64,000 bases of DNA from Phoronis australis (taxonomy: Eukaryota; Animalia; Phoronida). A model generated the notes under the pieces. It saw nothing but the letters and a program-made list of their open reading frames with translations, had not been told where the DNA came from and did no database searches. Every line of letters starts with the position of its first letter. Within the stretch, counting starts at the first letter, position 1. Positions 63,628 to 64,000 of the stretch are shown piece by piece. Location: positions 234,166 through 298,165 of the forward strand of contig NMRA01000368.1 in NCBI GenBank assembly GCA_002633005.1, in the 5' to 3' direction. Position numbers and translations under genes: made by a program.

Positions 63628-64000
63628 GTGGACACAGTTGATAAAGTAATAGGCTACATTCATTACTAACGATCAAATTTTAAGTTACTTTATAAGTATT
63701 AATTGTAGAGCTTAAAACTTCTTCCTTGACGATTACAAATTTTATTGTGCACGATAGCAATGCCCATTTGTTCGTAATCACATGATTACATTTCTCTCAA
63801 ACATTATTATTTCACGTAATTAATTTATACAAGCATGAATTTGTTTGTAAAAAACTCACAAATTCTGTTTCTTTATTGTTTTAGTTTCAAAATGTATTGC
63901 CTAGTTACAAATGTATTGCGTTTTAGGTCAAGAACTCTGCAGTCAAAAATTAATACCATATTCGCCGTAATAACCGCCCTAGCCCCTATAAGCGCCCCCT

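Overview
AT-rich (roughly 37% GC by eye), intron- and transposon-rich metazoan DNA, probably from a marine invertebrate (inference). I find one intact gene. It is a 10-coding-exon + strand gene (ATG 5450 to TAG 21526, about 1449 aa, all nine introns phase 1); the ORF track shows only its last exon. Predicted architecture: two RHIM-like amyloid motifs (each on its own exon), a TRADD-N-like alpha/beta domain, a coiled coil, a DUF294/GlnD-like nucleotidyltransferase fold that has lost its catalytic acidic residues, and nine kinesin-light-chain-type TPRs. This looks like a NACHT-less, NLR-like innate-immune or cell-death signalling protein and is the main candidate novel system. A decayed paralog of its TPR region lies about 31 kb downstream. 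The window also holds a degenerate spliced SGNH-esterase / zinc-finger / Ulp1-like-protease gene carrying an unrecognised triple repeat. That gene is cut by a nested transposon stack: AcademX > TA-site element > Kolobok-like TTAA element, with a Penelope fragment at the far edge. Other relics are Sola3-like, Tc1, Penelope and Gypsy elements, MITEs, and an intron-containing aspartyl-tRNA synthetase (DARS1) pseudogene fragment. All family assignments come from motif recognition by eye, not from database searches.
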